Assembly (NCBI GenBank): GCA_041660165.1
Contig: JBAZWW010000001.1
Location: 169,035 to 233,034 of the forward strand
Direction: 5' to 3'
Length of the DNA stretch: 64,000 bases
Source of the DNA: Patescibacteria group bacterium
GTDB lineage: Bacteria; Patescibacteriota; Patescibacteriia; UBA9934
The notes under the pieces: model-generated
What the model was told of the DNA's origin: nothing
Seen by the model: the letters and a program-made list of their open reading frames with translations, nothing else
The model's database searches: none
Position numbers and translations under genes: made by a program
In this document: piece after piece, positions 18,599 to 28,762 of the stretch
How positions within the stretch are numbered: position 1 is the first letter of the stretch
How the letters are laid out: each line of letters opens with the position of its first letter

Positions 18599-19348
18599 TT
18601 ACTCTTCCTTAGGCGCTTCCTCCGACGCGCGGGCGACTTGTTCTGTTAATTCAGCGTTGTTGAGCTGTCCCTGAATCCACGTGAAGTGGTTCAGGAGAAT
18701 CTTGGTAGCTTGTTCTACGGCTTCCTGCGGAGAGACCGTGCCATCAGTGGCAATGGTCATGAGGAGCTTGTCGTAGTTGGTAATCTCTCCCACGCGCGTG
18801 TTCTCTACCTTAAGTCCAACGGATCGAACCGGGCTGAACATGGCGTCTATGGCGATCACGCCAATTTCCGTTGGCGCTTCTTCCCGCTCTTCAGTGGGCA
18901 GATAGCCTCGGCCCTTGGAAACAGTGATTTCCATGTCGAGCGTAGCCTTCTCATCCGTGATCGTGGCTAGGACCAGGTCCTTGTTCAAAATCTCTACGTC
19001 GGCGTTGGCCGTAATGTCTGCACCAGTCACCGCTCCCCCGCCTGTTTTCACAAGCTTGAGAACCACCGGCTCATCAGAGTGACAGCGGAGGCGGAGCTTT
19101 TTCAAGTTCAGCATCACATCGAGCACGTCTTCCTTAACACCGCTAACGGCGGAAAACTCGTGTTGAACACCCTTGATCTTCATGGCGGTCACCGCACCTC
19201 CCGGAAGAGATGACAGAAGCACTCGGCGGAGAGCATTCCCTACCGTGGTGCCGTACCCGTGGTGAAGCGGCTCAATAGTGAGCACAGCCTCATGGTCATG
19301 AGCGCCTGGGGTGAAATACATCTTTGAAGGCAGGAAAATGGTCTCCAT
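18599..19348 (-). CDS. rpoA: RNA polymerase alpha subunit, N-terminal domain only
   Basis: EPLHHGYGTTVGNALRRVLLSS, IDAMFSPV; 249 aa, ends without the alpha-CTD. Confidence 0.97.
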   Translation of the reverse strand: METIFLPSKMYFTPGAHDHEAVLTIEPLHHGYGTTVGNALRRVLLSSLPGGAVTAMKIKGVQHEFSAVSGVKEDVLDVMLNLKKLRLRCHSDEPVVLKLVKTGGGAVTGADITANADVEILNKDLVLATITDEKATLDMEITVSKGRGYLPTEEREEAPTEIGVIAIDAMFSPVRSVGLKVENTRVGEITNYDKLLMTIATDGTVSPQEAVEQATKILLNHFTWIQGQLNNAELTEQVARASEEAPKEE

Positions 19349-19377
19349 ACATCGTAATTAGGCGGTAAGCTCAGGGC

Positions 19378-20001
19378 TTAGCGCATTGAATAGAATTCAA
19401 CGATGAGTGTCGGGTCAAATACTTCCTTAAGGTCCTCGCCCATAGGGAGACTGACAACTTTCCCCTTCATAGTCTCCTCTCTATGAAGCCAACCCGGAAC
19501 TTTCTGCGTCTTCTGACGTTCAGCCAAGTCAGCAAACAATTTCTTGGCTTGCTTGTTGGTTCTGACTTCTACAATATCACCCACGTTCACCTGGTATGAC
19601 GGAATGTTCACTTTCTCACCGTTTACGAGGAACATGCAGTGGCTCACCATCTGTCTTGCCTGTGGGCGAGTGATAGCAAAACCCATGCGGAAAACCACGT
19701 TATCCAAACGTGTTTCCAAAGAACGGCTCAAATGCTCACCGGTATTTCCGGCCAGCTTCTTGGCTTTTTCAAAGTAATTGCGGAACTGGCGTTCCATGAC
19801 GCCGTAGAGGCGCTTAGCCTTCTGCTTCTCACGCAACTGAACGCCGTAGGCGCTCACCTTTGGCGGACGTCCGCCTGGTTTGCCGTGCACGCCAGGAGCG
19901 TAGGCGCGCTTCTGCATAACCTTAAGAACGCTGGCGCTGGCTGACAGCGCAACGCCTTCTCTTCGGCTCATCTTTCCTCTAGCTATTTGTGTTCTTCCCA
20001 T
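19378..20001 (-). CDS. rpsD: 30S ribosomal protein S4
   Basis: QLREKQKAKRLYG, LETRLDNVVFRMG, LIVEFYS. Confidence 0.98.
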   Translation of the reverse strand: MGRTQIARGKMSRREGVALSASASVLKVMQKRAYAPGVHGKPGGRPPKVSAYGVQLREKQKAKRLYGVMERQFRNYFEKAKKLAGNTGEHLSRSLETRLDNVVFRMGFAITRPQARQMVSHCMFLVNGEKVNIPSYQVNVGDIVEVRTNKQAKKLFADLAERQKTQKVPGWLHREETMKGKVVSLPMGEDLKEVFDPTLIVEFYSMR

Positions 20002-20004
20002 ATT

Positions 20005-20478
20005 TTATACGCGACGAGCTCGGCGAGGCCGGCATCCGTTGTGAGGGATTGGCGTCAAGTCCTTAATAGAGAGCACGTTCAGACCGGCACCGTTCAGGGC
20101 GCGGAGCGCTCCGTCACGGCCGTTCCCGATTCCGGAAACGTAGACCTGCACATCACGCAATCCGTAAGGGGCAGCTTTGTCAGCAGCCTTTTTCACTACC
20201 ATGGAGGCAGCGTACGGCGTGGCCTTCTTAGGACCGCGGAAACCGCAATTTCCTGCAGATGCCCAAGCGAGCAAGTTTCCGTTCTGATCAGTCAGGGACA
20301 CGATCGTGTTGTTGTAGCTGGCATGAACGTAGGCCCGGCCGGCTGGGACTTGGCGCAAAGCGCGCTTCTTGCCCTTGGCGGTCATCACCTTGTCAGACTT
20401 TGCTTTTGAGGCAAGTTCCGCTTCCGTTACCATTGGTACTTCAACCGGAGCGTCAGTTTTGAGAATTTCGTCAGCCAT
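20005..20478 (-). CDS. rpsK: 30S ribosomal protein S11
   Basis: ASYNNTIV, KKATPYAA, DLTPIPHNGCRP. Confidence 0.98.
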   Translation of the reverse strand: MADEILKTDAPVEVPMVTEAELASKAKSDKVMTAKGKKRALRQVPAGRAYVHASYNNTIVSLTDQNGNLLAWASAGNCGFRGPKKATPYAASMVVKKAADKAAPYGLRDVQVYVSGIGNGRDGALRALNGAGLNVLSIKDLTPIPHNGCRPRRARRV

Positions 20479-20484
20479 AGGAGA

Positions 20485-20871
20485 TTATGTCTTTGTAAGA
20501 ACACGTCGGCCGCTTCCTGCAGTCTTACGGACGTTTCCGCGAACGGTGCGGGAGTTGCTCTTTGTACGCTGACCTCTGACCGGCAAACCCTTGGCGTGGC
20601 GCTGGCCACGGCGGGCGCCAATGTCTTTCAGACGCTTAATATTCGAAAGAATCTCGCGTCTGAGTTCGCCCTCAACATGGAACTCCTTTTCCACAATAGT
20701 GCGGATAGCGTTCTCTTGATCCGCCGTCAAATCTTTGACGCGAATGCTCTCATCTACACCGGCCTTTTTAAGGACCTGGGCAGCACGCGTCTGGCCAACT
20801 CCAAAAATGTATTGGAGGGCAATGACAATGCGCTTCTGATTCGGAATGGTGACACCAGCGATACGTGCCAT
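20485..20871 (-). CDS. rpsM: 30S ribosomal protein S13
   Basis: [25 protein letters not shown]. Confidence 0.98.
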   Translation of the reverse strand: MARIAGVTIPNQKRIVIALQYIFGVGQTRAAQVLKKAGVDESIRVKDLTADQENAIRTIVEKEFHVEGELRREILSNIKRLKDIGARRGQRHAKGLPVRGQRTKSNSRTVRGNVRKTAGSGRRVLTKT

Positions 20872-20875
20872 AAGG

Positions 20876-20989
20876 TTAGCCTTGACGTTGCTTATGTTTC
20901 GGAATCTTGCAAATGACGCGAACACGTCCTTCCCTTCGGATGACGCGACAGTCACGGCAGATTGGTTTCACAGACGAGCGGACTTTCAT
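20876..20989 (-). CDS. rpmJ: 50S ribosomal protein L36 (absent from the ORF track)
   Basis: Manual translation [37 protein letters not shown]. Confidence 0.98.
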   Translation of the reverse strand: MKVRSSVKPICRDCRVIRREGRVRVICKIPKHKQRQG

Positions 20990-21063
20990 AATATAAATGC
21001 GTTTCAGTACGCAAAATCATCCTAAAAAACGGATGATTCTGTAGAAGCTAGAGATGCCATCCG

Positions 21064-21279
21064 TTAAAAACGGAATGTGATTCTAGCCTTGGTGAGATCA
21101 TAAGGACTGATCTCACACTTGACGTCATCTCCCGGCATGACCCGGATGCGGTTCTTGCGCAGTTTGCCTGCCAAGTACCCAATGACTTCCATGTCGTTCT
21201 CTAAGGTAATGCGGAACGCACCACCTGGGAGCGCTTCCAACACCTCACCTCTCATCTCAAGAAAATCTTTTTCGGGCAT
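21064..21279 (-). CDS. infA: Translation initiation factor IF-1
   Basis: [35 protein letters not shown]. Confidence 0.97.
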   Translation of the reverse strand: MPEKDFLEMRGEVLEALPGGAFRITLENDMEVIGYLAGKLRKNRIRVMPGDDVKCEISPYDLTKARITFRF

Positions 21280-21474
21280 AGCCGAAGTAAATATACTAGA
21301 GATTGCAGGGGTTAGGCAAGCAAATGCTCCATAGGAAAGCGGGGGAAGTGTACTTGGCGCAGTAATTAGTGTCAAGAAAAGGCTGTGGAGGCTTACCAAA
21401 AGTGGACGAATCCGTTATTAAATGACAAACTTTGCCAGCCTTATTGGCGAGTAACCCTGAACCGTGAGGACATC

Positions 21475-22443
21475 ATGGGTACCAAGAAAGAAACCGACAC
21501 CACGATCCCCGTCGAGGAATACGTCAGGCAGTTCCGGGAACGGGGTTGGTGCCAGCTCGAAGATCGGGATGACGACGGAGACACCGCCGCCCGCAAGTGG
21601 TTCGATCGCATCTGCGATCCGAATCTGACCTATGAAGAGGCAACGCATCTCTTGGGCTTAGCGTTTCTCGGAGAACGCGATCGGAACAAATCCATCGTTC
21701 GTTTTCTTATGGGGATCGCCCGGTTCCCGGATATCGCCCATGGCGAGTACAACAACGCCGGCGATCTGAGCGGAAGCCTGCAGGAATGGGCGTACGGCGT
21801 ACTCGTCGACGCCGAATTCCTGTGGCAATCAAACGACAAGGAAAACGAAGACTGGTCCCTGGACCGCGAAATCATCGCGTTTCTCCGCACCAGGTTCGAT
21901 CGGCGCAGGGAAAAGGCCGTGCGCAAGGTCGTGCGCAGGTACCTCGAGTTCGACGCCGGGAATTCCGGTGACGAATCGGACGCACGCCGTTATGAGAACA
22001 TCACGACCATGGTTCCGAGCCTGCTCGTGCTCGCAGTCCTGAACGGCAAGCCGAAGAAAAGCGGGCTTTGGCCAGACGCGAAGTACATGAACTCCGAACG
22101 ATTCGGTCACATTTACGAGGCGCGCCAAACGGCAATCGTGAAAGCGCTCGAAGCCATTGTGTTCGGCAACGGCAGGGTGGTCCGCTCGCAGATCGCGACC
22201 GGCACGATCCCAAATGAATACACCTGGGCCGTTCAAGAGCTGATGCTCTACTATCCGCGACGGGCTAAGGAGATCAGGGAACGGCTCGATGGATTTGCGA
22301 ACGAGCTGAGCATGAACGCTCGCCAAGAATACAAGAACGGCAAGCCGTTGTCCGAGATCATCACGACACTGAAGGTCGGCGACAAAGAGATCAACCTCAA
22401 GGCGCTCGAAGACGAGCTGGCCCAGCTCCCCACCTTCCGCTAG
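21475..22443 (+). CDS. Hypothetical protein
   Basis: GAGGA SD before ATG 21475; GC-rich third positions; 3' hairpin. Confidence 0.75.
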   Translation: MGTKKETDTTIPVEEYVRQFRERGWCQLEDRDDDGDTAARKWFDRICDPNLTYEEATHLLGLAFLGERDRNKSIVRFLMGIARFPDIAHGEYNNAGDLSGSLQEWAYGVLVDAEFLWQSNDKENEDWSLDREIIAFLRTRFDRRREKAVRKVVRRYLEFDAGNSGDESDARRYENITTMVPSLLVLAVLNGKPKKSGLWPDAKYMNSERFGHIYEARQTAIVKALEAIVFGNGRVVRSQIATGTIPNEYTWAVQELMLYYPRRAKEIRERLDGFANELSMNARQEYKNGKPLSEIITTLKVGDKEINLKALEDELAQLPTFR

Positions 22444-22587
22444 GCCTCAACAACGTCAGCCACGTCTCCGTGAAGACCCCGTCCGCACCGCTGTGCAGAT
22501 GGGGTCAAATTGTTTCAAAATTGGACGGAATCTCACTTTTTCGCCATAATCCGCCGGCCGAATCAACCTACTCCCTTGGAGGATTCA

Positions 22588-23346
22588 ATGGCCCTGATGG
22601 GAACCGGTAACGAACCGGCCTTCAAACGTTCCGCGCTACTGTTGGCAAGCTTTGTCACCGACAAAGATAATGAACATTCCGTCTTGCTCGATCACCCGCA
22701 TAACATCATGCTCAACTGGCCGATGCGGAGTTGTGCGGACGTATGGAATGAAGGCGCCAAGGCTCGTCCAATGATTCTCTGCGAACTCATCGAGAGACTT
22801 GAGTGCGCAACCTCGTGGCCCGGTGAACGGAGCTCGAACGAAGAGGGATTCCTCCGGGAATGCTTCCAGAGAATTCGGCCGGAGACCCCGGACCTGATGG
22901 TGGCGATTGAGCACGCACTGCCCGCGCTCATCCGCCTGGTGTTCGAGCGTCATCCGGACGTTCACATCTGGAGGAAGGCCGACGAGGTGGCCACGGTGGC
23001 GGGGATCAAGCTCCGCGACGATTGGAATGAACTCGTCCTTGCAACGCTCGAAGATTACGTCCGCATGAATGAAAAGGTTCTGCGTAAAGATCTCATCGCC
23101 AGGCGAATCGATAAGATCGAGCGCCGGCGGGCCGTGGACGTGCTCATCGTAGCGTTCGTGCGCAAGAGGCACGATCTGCAAGTCAGGATTGACGCGATCA
23201 ACGCGCACCTGGCTGAGCTTGCACAAGACCTCTACTGGGAGAACGCAACGTCGAGAGAAGCGAAAGCGGCCAAACGCCCGTTCGTGAAGGAGCTGAATGA
23301 GCTGATGCTCGAACTCAACTCCCTTCCGCTCCTCGACAGACTCTAG
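22588..23346 (+). CDS. Hypothetical protein with C-terminal coiled coil
   Basis: GGAGG SD; promoter TGGACG-17-CATAAT; 3' hairpin similar to that of the upstream gene. Confidence 0.75.
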   Translation: MALMGTGNEPAFKRSALLLASFVTDKDNEHSVLLDHPHNIMLNWPMRSCADVWNEGAKARPMILCELIERLECATSWPGERSSNEEGFLRECFQRIRPETPDLMVAIEHALPALIRLVFERHPDVHIWRKADEVATVAGIKLRDDWNELVLATLEDYVRMNEKVLRKDLIARRIDKIERRRAVDVLIVAFVRKRHDLQVRIDAINAHLAELAQDLYWENATSREAKAAKRPFVKELNELMLELNSLPLLDRL

Positions 23347-23427
23347 CCGATCAAGAACGTTCGACTGCTCGTCAATTCTCGTGACCGAAGACCCCGTCCG
23401 CCCGCGCGCGAATGGGGTCGTACTGTT

Positions 23428-23465
23428 TTATATAAGACTCTTATTATATTAGATGCTTATATAAT
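23428..23465. promoter_or_regulatory. Doubled ATAAG-N3-CTTAT-type palindromic site (reverse orientation relative to 42953 and 47144)
   Basis: TTATATAAGACTCTTATTATATTAGATGCTTATATAAT. Confidence 0.6.
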
Positions 23466-23473
23466 CCCCTCGG

Positions 23474-24334
23474 CTATATTTTATTACTGGATTCAAAATG
23501 ACGAACCGCATACTCGACAATCGCCTTGGCCACATCAATACCAGTAGTTTGTTCGAGTGTTTTGAAACCAGGATTCGCGTTTACCTCCATGATGAGCGGA
23601 CCGCAGTTTGAGCGCAAAATGTCTACGCCGGCAATGTCGAGGTTCATCACTCGTGTAGCTTTAATCGCGAGCTCGCGTTCCTCGGCGGTCAGCTCAACCG
23701 ACTGGCCAGTCCCGCCGGCATTGCTCCGCACATCCCCCGCCGGGGCGTCTAGTTGCATGGACGCAATAACCTCGTTGCCGATGACAAAGGCTCGGATGTC
23801 CGAGTGATTAGCCTCGGCAATAAACTCTTCGACAATAAATGGATTCTGGTCGCGCACCGATAAATAATCGGTGATTGGTTTCATCACTTCCTCGCTCGGC
23901 GCAAAAAACACACCCTTGCCTCTGGTACCGAATGGGACTTTTATCATCACCGGAAAACCCAGCTCTCGTGCACAACTCGTAGCCGTCCACGTATCCTGTA
24001 CTATCGCGCCTTTCGGCATCGGAATTCCGACATCGAGCAGGTCAAGCCTCTGCAATAATTTATTTTTCGTGCGCAACACTTGGCCGTTCACTAATCGAAT
24101 ACCGGACGCTCGCAGTCCGTCATAAATCGCCTGGTGGTGCGACGGTTCTTCCGTAAAATTTGGTCGAACAATAATGACGTCAAACCTCTTCAGCTCGTCT
24201 CTCGGCGGGATCGAAATCGAGCGCTCATATACTCGAACAGCTTCATGCCCCAAAGCCCGCACCGCTTCTTCAAGCCGTGATGCTCCAGAAAACTCTTCAA
24301 ATTGTTCATTAGAAACCAAAATCCCAACGCGCAT
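23474..24334 (-). CDS. RimK-family ATP-grasp ligase
   Basis: FPVMIK..GTRGKGV, EEFI, DIRAFVIG, RSN, GVDIL, EVNANPG. Confidence 0.9.
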   Translation of the reverse strand: MRVGILVSNEQFEEFSGASRLEEAVRALGHEAVRVYERSISIPPRDELKRFDVIIVRPNFTEEPSHHQAIYDGLRASGIRLVNGQVLRTKNKLLQRLDLLDVGIPMPKGAIVQDTWTATSCARELGFPVMIKVPFGTRGKGVFFAPSEEVMKPITDYLSVRDQNPFIVEEFIAEANHSDIRAFVIGNEVIASMQLDAPAGDVRSNAGGTGQSVELTAEERELAIKATRVMNLDIAGVDILRSNCGPLIMEVNANPGFKTLEQTTGIDVAKAIVEYAVRHFESSNKI

Positions 24335-24381
24335 ATGGTCTAACCGTAGCGCATCGGAATAATGATGGCAAACAACGCTCA

Positions 24382-25323
24382 CTATTGAGCAGGATGAAAA
24401 TCATCCTCCGTCTTCGTAATGTGCAGAGGAGAATAACAACCATGTACTACGTCACCGTCTGGTTGCTGTTTAAGCTCAACCCACATTTTTCCAGCCACAG
24501 CTGGATCAATACCTACTCCGGTCGGAATAGTCTCGCCAAGTGATACATGATAGGCACCATCCTTCATAGGGGTAACACTGGCCTCGTATGATTTTAATCC
24601 TTCGAGAATTTCCTTTGAGCCGCCATCAACGGCGAAAATATGGCATGTGCTAACTCCGGCAAAAGGACGGTCATCTCGAACCTCGGTTCCAATGTAACGC
24701 CCGGTAACATACCCGGCAGTTGGAGTGACGGCCAATCTGAGTGAATTTTTGACGAGCAACCAGTTCGGATCGTTGGCCTCGTTTGGTTTTTCGTACTCAT
24801 ATCTCACTTCATAGCCACCGATAAACAAAACCTCCTGATATCGCGGAATGAACACCGCATCGTCAGTGGCAGTCAAACGCAGGCGAGTTACTTTTTGCCC
24901 GTTAATAGTGATTTCGTCGGAAAGATATTCTTTGTACTGATCTCGTTCGTACGGCGCATAAATGGCCTCGCCCTCATCCTGGGCGTACACGCTGATTCCC
25001 CCACTCATTGTCGAACCCTCTGCCGGACTATGCATCTCAATTGGATTCGGGCTGATACGAGCTGTAAATTCCGGTAGAACGCGCTTTGGGTTATCGTAAA
25101 TGGCCGTAGTGAAGACATGCCAACCCTCAGGATATTGCAATGACAGTTTGCCAACAGCAAGCGTATGCGGTTCGCTTGAAGTAGATACCAGCGAGTTCGT
25201 GCTCGTCGAGATTACATTCGGAATCTGCGTTGCTACGAGGAGCGACCCGAATGCGAGGCCGACAACGGAGCCGAGCAGGATGCCCGGAATAAAATGGGCA
25301 AGAAAGAGAGATTTGGGTTGCAT
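24382..25323 (-). CDS. Hypothetical membrane-anchored exported protein
   Basis: N-terminal TM, SLQYPEGW motif; TATACT 8 nt before ATG. Confidence 0.7.
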   Translation of the reverse strand: MQPKSLFLAHFIPGILLGSVVGLAFGSLLVATQIPNVISTSTNSLVSTSSEPHTLAVGKLSLQYPEGWHVFTTAIYDNPKRVLPEFTARISPNPIEMHSPAEGSTMSGGISVYAQDEGEAIYAPYERDQYKEYLSDEITINGQKVTRLRLTATDDAVFIPRYQEVLFIGGYEVRYEYEKPNEANDPNWLLVKNSLRLAVTPTAGYVTGRYIGTEVRDDRPFAGVSTCHIFAVDGGSKEILEGLKSYEASVTPMKDGAYHVSLGETIPTGVGIDPAVAGKMWVELKQQPDGDVVHGCYSPLHITKTEDDFHPAQ

Positions 25324-25413
25324 ATGCGGGAAGTATACACGAATCCAATCCGCCACCTCTAGATCCTTCGCCTACGCTCAGGATCGAATACCACGCAACG
25401 CCACATACAAATA

Positions 25414-27189
25414 TTATCCGAGGATCGCCTTAATTCTCCGCACGCCCGATGACACTGCTTCTTCTTTTTGGATTTTGAATCCGCCAAGTTCGCCAGTATG
25501 TTGCACGTGGGGGCCGCCACAGATTTCTTTCGAGTAATCACCAATGGAGTAGACGTTTATCTTGCCTCCGATATTGGCGTACTTGTCCTCAAACAATCCG
25601 ATCGCACCACTAGCTTTCGCTTCTTCAACAGTCAACTGCTCAGCCTTCACGGGCATGTCTTTTTTGATCTGCTCGTTGACAATGGCCTCAACTTTTGCCA
25701 ACTCGTCCGGCGTCATCTTGGTGTTGTGCGAGAAGTCGAAACGCAAACGCTCGGCAGTAATGTTGCTGCCCTTCTGTTCAACATGGGGACCGAGAACGTC
25801 GCGCAGAGCTTGATGCAAAATGTGCGTCGCGGTGTGTAGGCGAGTTGTTTCGATGGAATGGTCAGCGAGACCACCGGCGAATTTCTTTTCGGCACCTTGG
25901 CGAGAAAGGTCCTGGTGCTTCTTGAACTCGGCAGCGAATGCTTCACGATCAACCTCTTGACCTTGTTCGTGCGCCAGCTCGTGTGTGACCTCGAGCGGAA
26001 AACCGTACGACTGGTAAAGGTTGAACGCATCCTCGCCGGAAATTGCCTTGTTGCGCTCGAACATCTTCTGGAATTCCCTCAGTCCTTGGGCGAGTGTCTT
26101 CTCAAATTTCTTCGCCTCAGTTTCTATGCCGAGAACTATCGCGTCTCGTTTTTCGATCAGCATTGGATACGCCTCGCCGAGGGACGCCACAACATCATCA
26201 ACAATCGGCGGAACGAGCTTGTCGGATTCGATGCCCAGCTTCTTCGCGTGACGGATCGCCCGGCGGATGAGACGACGCAGGATGTAACCCTGGTCCTTGT
26301 TTGATGGCTCGACACCATCCATAAACATGATCGAGGAAGCTCGAAGGTGATCGGCGATGATCCTCATTGACTTGGTTGTCTCCGGCGCTGCGCCATATTC
26401 CAAACCGGATAAATACATAAGAGTCTTATGTAATCCGGTGAACAATTCCGTCTCGTATACATTCGCGCGGTGTTGTAACGCAACGATCGTGCGTTCCATG
26501 CCCATACCGGTGTCCACACTGCCGTTTACAAGCGGGGTTAAAACCCCGCCTTCGTCCTTGTTGAATTGCATGAACACGTTGTTCCAAATTTCCATCCAGC
26601 GATTGTCTTTTGGATCGTAAACTGCTGGCGGTTCTTCAGCACTGGTCCAATAAAAAATCTCCGTGTCCGGTCCGCACGGACCAGTTTTCCCCGCTGGTCC
26701 CCACCAGTTGTCCTCGCGGCCGAGTTTTGCAATGCGCTCGACGGATACGCCAAGACGAATCCAATGATCGTATGCCTCTTGGTCAAATGGCGTGTTCGCG
26801 TCGCCTTCGAAAACTGTAAATGACAAATGCGATAACGGGATGTTGAGCCAATCCTTGCTCGTCAAAAACTCGAATGACCACTCGATAGATTCTTTTTTGA
26901 AATAGTCGCCGAGCGACCAGTTGCCGAGCATGGTGAAAAAAGTGAGGTGCGTGTTATCACCCACGTCATCAATGTCGCCGGTTCTGATACAGCGCTGGTA
27001 ATCAACCAAGCGCTTGCCCGCCGGGTGAGGCTCGCCGAGCAAATACGGGACGAGCGGATGCATGCCCGCCGTGGTAAAAAGCACAGTCGGATCATTCACC
27101 GGCACCACGGAGGCGGAGGGAATCTCCACGTGGCCCTTCGATTTGAAAAACTCAATGTACTTTTTGCGGAGCTCATTCGCGGTGATCAT
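25414..27189 (-). CDS. alaS: Alanine--tRNA ligase, short form without C-Ala domain
   Basis: DPTVLFTTAGMHP, GPCGPDTE, DTGMGMER, HTATH, EICGGPHV, SSGVRRIKA. Confidence 0.98.
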   Translation of the reverse strand: MITANELRKKYIEFFKSKGHVEIPSASVVPVNDPTVLFTTAGMHPLVPYLLGEPHPAGKRLVDYQRCIRTGDIDDVGDNTHLTFFTMLGNWSLGDYFKKESIEWSFEFLTSKDWLNIPLSHLSFTVFEGDANTPFDQEAYDHWIRLGVSVERIAKLGREDNWWGPAGKTGPCGPDTEIFYWTSAEEPPAVYDPKDNRWMEIWNNVFMQFNKDEGGVLTPLVNGSVDTGMGMERTIVALQHRANVYETELFTGLHKTLMYLSGLEYGAAPETTKSMRIIADHLRASSIMFMDGVEPSNKDQGYILRRLIRRAIRHAKKLGIESDKLVPPIVDDVVASLGEAYPMLIEKRDAIVLGIETEAKKFEKTLAQGLREFQKMFERNKAISGEDAFNLYQSYGFPLEVTHELAHEQGQEVDREAFAAEFKKHQDLSRQGAEKKFAGGLADHSIETTRLHTATHILHQALRDVLGPHVEQKGSNITAERLRFDFSHNTKMTPDELAKVEAIVNEQIKKDMPVKAEQLTVEEAKASGAIGLFEDKYANIGGKINVYSIGDYSKEICGGPHVQHTGELGGFKIQKEEAVSSGVRRIKAILG

Positions 27190-27295
27190 AGATGAGAAAA
27201 GAGTAGCGTAACTTGCAAACTTTCGCAATAAATACAAATGCCGTATGACCCGCGCCGTCTGTGGCAGGCCAAACGGCATCGCGCAAACGAGCGCG

Positions 27296-27466
27296 TTACT
27301 CCCTGAATCTTCCGACAGCCCAGACAAAGGCCGAAACGAAAGAAAGGAAACCGAGGAGGACGACGACGCCGAGCACCACGTCGCTCGGTGACGAATGGTA
27401 ATCGCCAGCCGGACTGTACGGCAAATCCGGAAACGCGTTCGCAACGGAAACGAAAAACTGGAGCAC
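27296..27466 (-). CDS. Small (56 aa) single-TM protein
   Basis: GGAGGT SD before GTG; TTGAAA-16-TAAGAT upstream; C-terminal TM segment. Confidence 0.5.
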   Translation of the reverse strand: MLQFFVSVANAFPDLPYSPAGDYHSSPSDVVLGVVVLLGFLSFVSAFVWAVGRFRE

Positions 27467-27595
27467 GGACACCTCCTGGAGCGATCTTAACAGACTCGCA
27501 AGTATTTTCAACTGTCCAAAAACACAACCGCGCCCGCAGTCGAACTCCCCGTTTGGGAATCCTGGCCACGAGCGCAGTACGCGCGGACGTACGAA

Positions 27596-28648
27596 CTACA
27601 GATCGTCAGTCATTCCGCGAAGCCTCTGAGTCGTCCCGAACCGATTCATGGTCAGGACAACGCTGACGCAGTGGGGCGCGTACCCCAGCGTCTTCCGCCA
27701 AGCGATAATGGCCGTCCGCAGTGCACCGCACATTGTCGTCTCGAACACCGTATCAACCTGATCCTTTGTCTTCCCGTCGTCGTCGTACTCGACGATGACG
27801 TTCAGAATCAGGCAGTGATCCACGGCGTGCTCGAACACCACTTTCGTAGCGGAGAGCGGGGCCGTCTTCAGCATGAGCTCCAGCGCCGGAAGCTGTTCGT
27901 CGAGAGTCGCCAACCGCTCAGTCATCAGCACCGCCATTTGTCGGGCAGACGCGGACGCGTTCGTGGCGCCGGTAGCCGTCAAAAACGGAGCGATCATTCG
28001 GAAGTCATAAACCGCGTCAGCAAGACTCCGATTCTTCGCCCAAGCAACAGCCAAGGCGTCAAACATCCACTGCGCACCGTTACAAAGAGACTGCTTGTTC
28101 GCCACCCTGCTCTCCGCCCACAGGTAGGTCGTCAAAATCCTCTTTGGACTAATCACGCCGAGCTTGAATTCCTCGCGAACGGCGTCCATGGTGATCCGAG
28201 CAATATCGCCGTCGATGCTAGCGATGCTCTGCCAAACGCAGGCAAAAAGACGCTCGGCCTCCGTGTCATCAGTGGTTTGTTTCCACCGCTGGATGATCCA
28301 CTTGACCAAAGCCTGTCTTGCCTTCGGAAGCGAGTGATTCAGTTGCCCGAGCGCCTCCGCATAAAGCCGAGTGAAGACGATGCTCAGCCGGGCATCTATT
28401 GCTCTCTGAACGTGGTCAGAAATACGCCAACCCTCAACGTCCATCACCCTATACTCCGTCTCCTGCCCAACCTTACGCACATAGCCCATGAGACGGAGCG
28501 CCAGCTCATCGTCGTTCGGACCCAACTCTCCGAAGAGCCAAACCAGTGCCTCAAGCGGGGTCCTATCGCCACCAGCCAGGCAACGAAATACGAAGTGGTC
28601 GCCGTTGTCCGTCATTATCTTTTGCAACAGCACAAACCGCTTATCCAT
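27596..28648 (-). CDS. Hypothetical protein
   Basis: GGAGGGAG SD before ATG 28648; 350-aa protein-like composition. Confidence 0.7.
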   Translation of the reverse strand: MDKRFVLLQKIMTDNGDHFVFRCLAGGDRTPLEALVWLFGELGPNDDELALRLMGYVRKVGQETEYRVMDVEGWRISDHVQRAIDARLSIVFTRLYAEALGQLNHSLPKARQALVKWIIQRWKQTTDDTEAERLFACVWQSIASIDGDIARITMDAVREEFKLGVISPKRILTTYLWAESRVANKQSLCNGAQWMFDALAVAWAKNRSLADAVYDFRMIAPFLTATGATNASASARQMAVLMTERLATLDEQLPALELMLKTAPLSATKVVFEHAVDHCLILNVIVEYDDDGKTKDQVDTVFETTMCGALRTAIIAWRKTLGYAPHCVSVVLTMNRFGTTQRLRGMTDDL

Positions 28649-28762
28649 TTTCACTCCCTCCGGCCACAACCGGATATATGCCGGGGCCGCAACCCCGGTC
28701 TGGTTATGCCCTCCCGCAAGAGGACAGGTATTTTATAGCCCCGTTAAAAAAGTTTTGCAATT

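Noticed and set aside
27190-27444. Long N-terminal extensions in the ORF track for alaS (also rpsM, infA, pyrF, the ABC ATPase and the PKD protein)
   Set aside because: Longest-ORF artefacts; family-typical starts lie downstream and the extensions overlap other genes or hairpins.
27671-28738. 355-aa plus-strand ORF
   Set aside because: Antisense shadow of the SD-led minus-strand gene; R/H/Q-rich composition typical of shadows.
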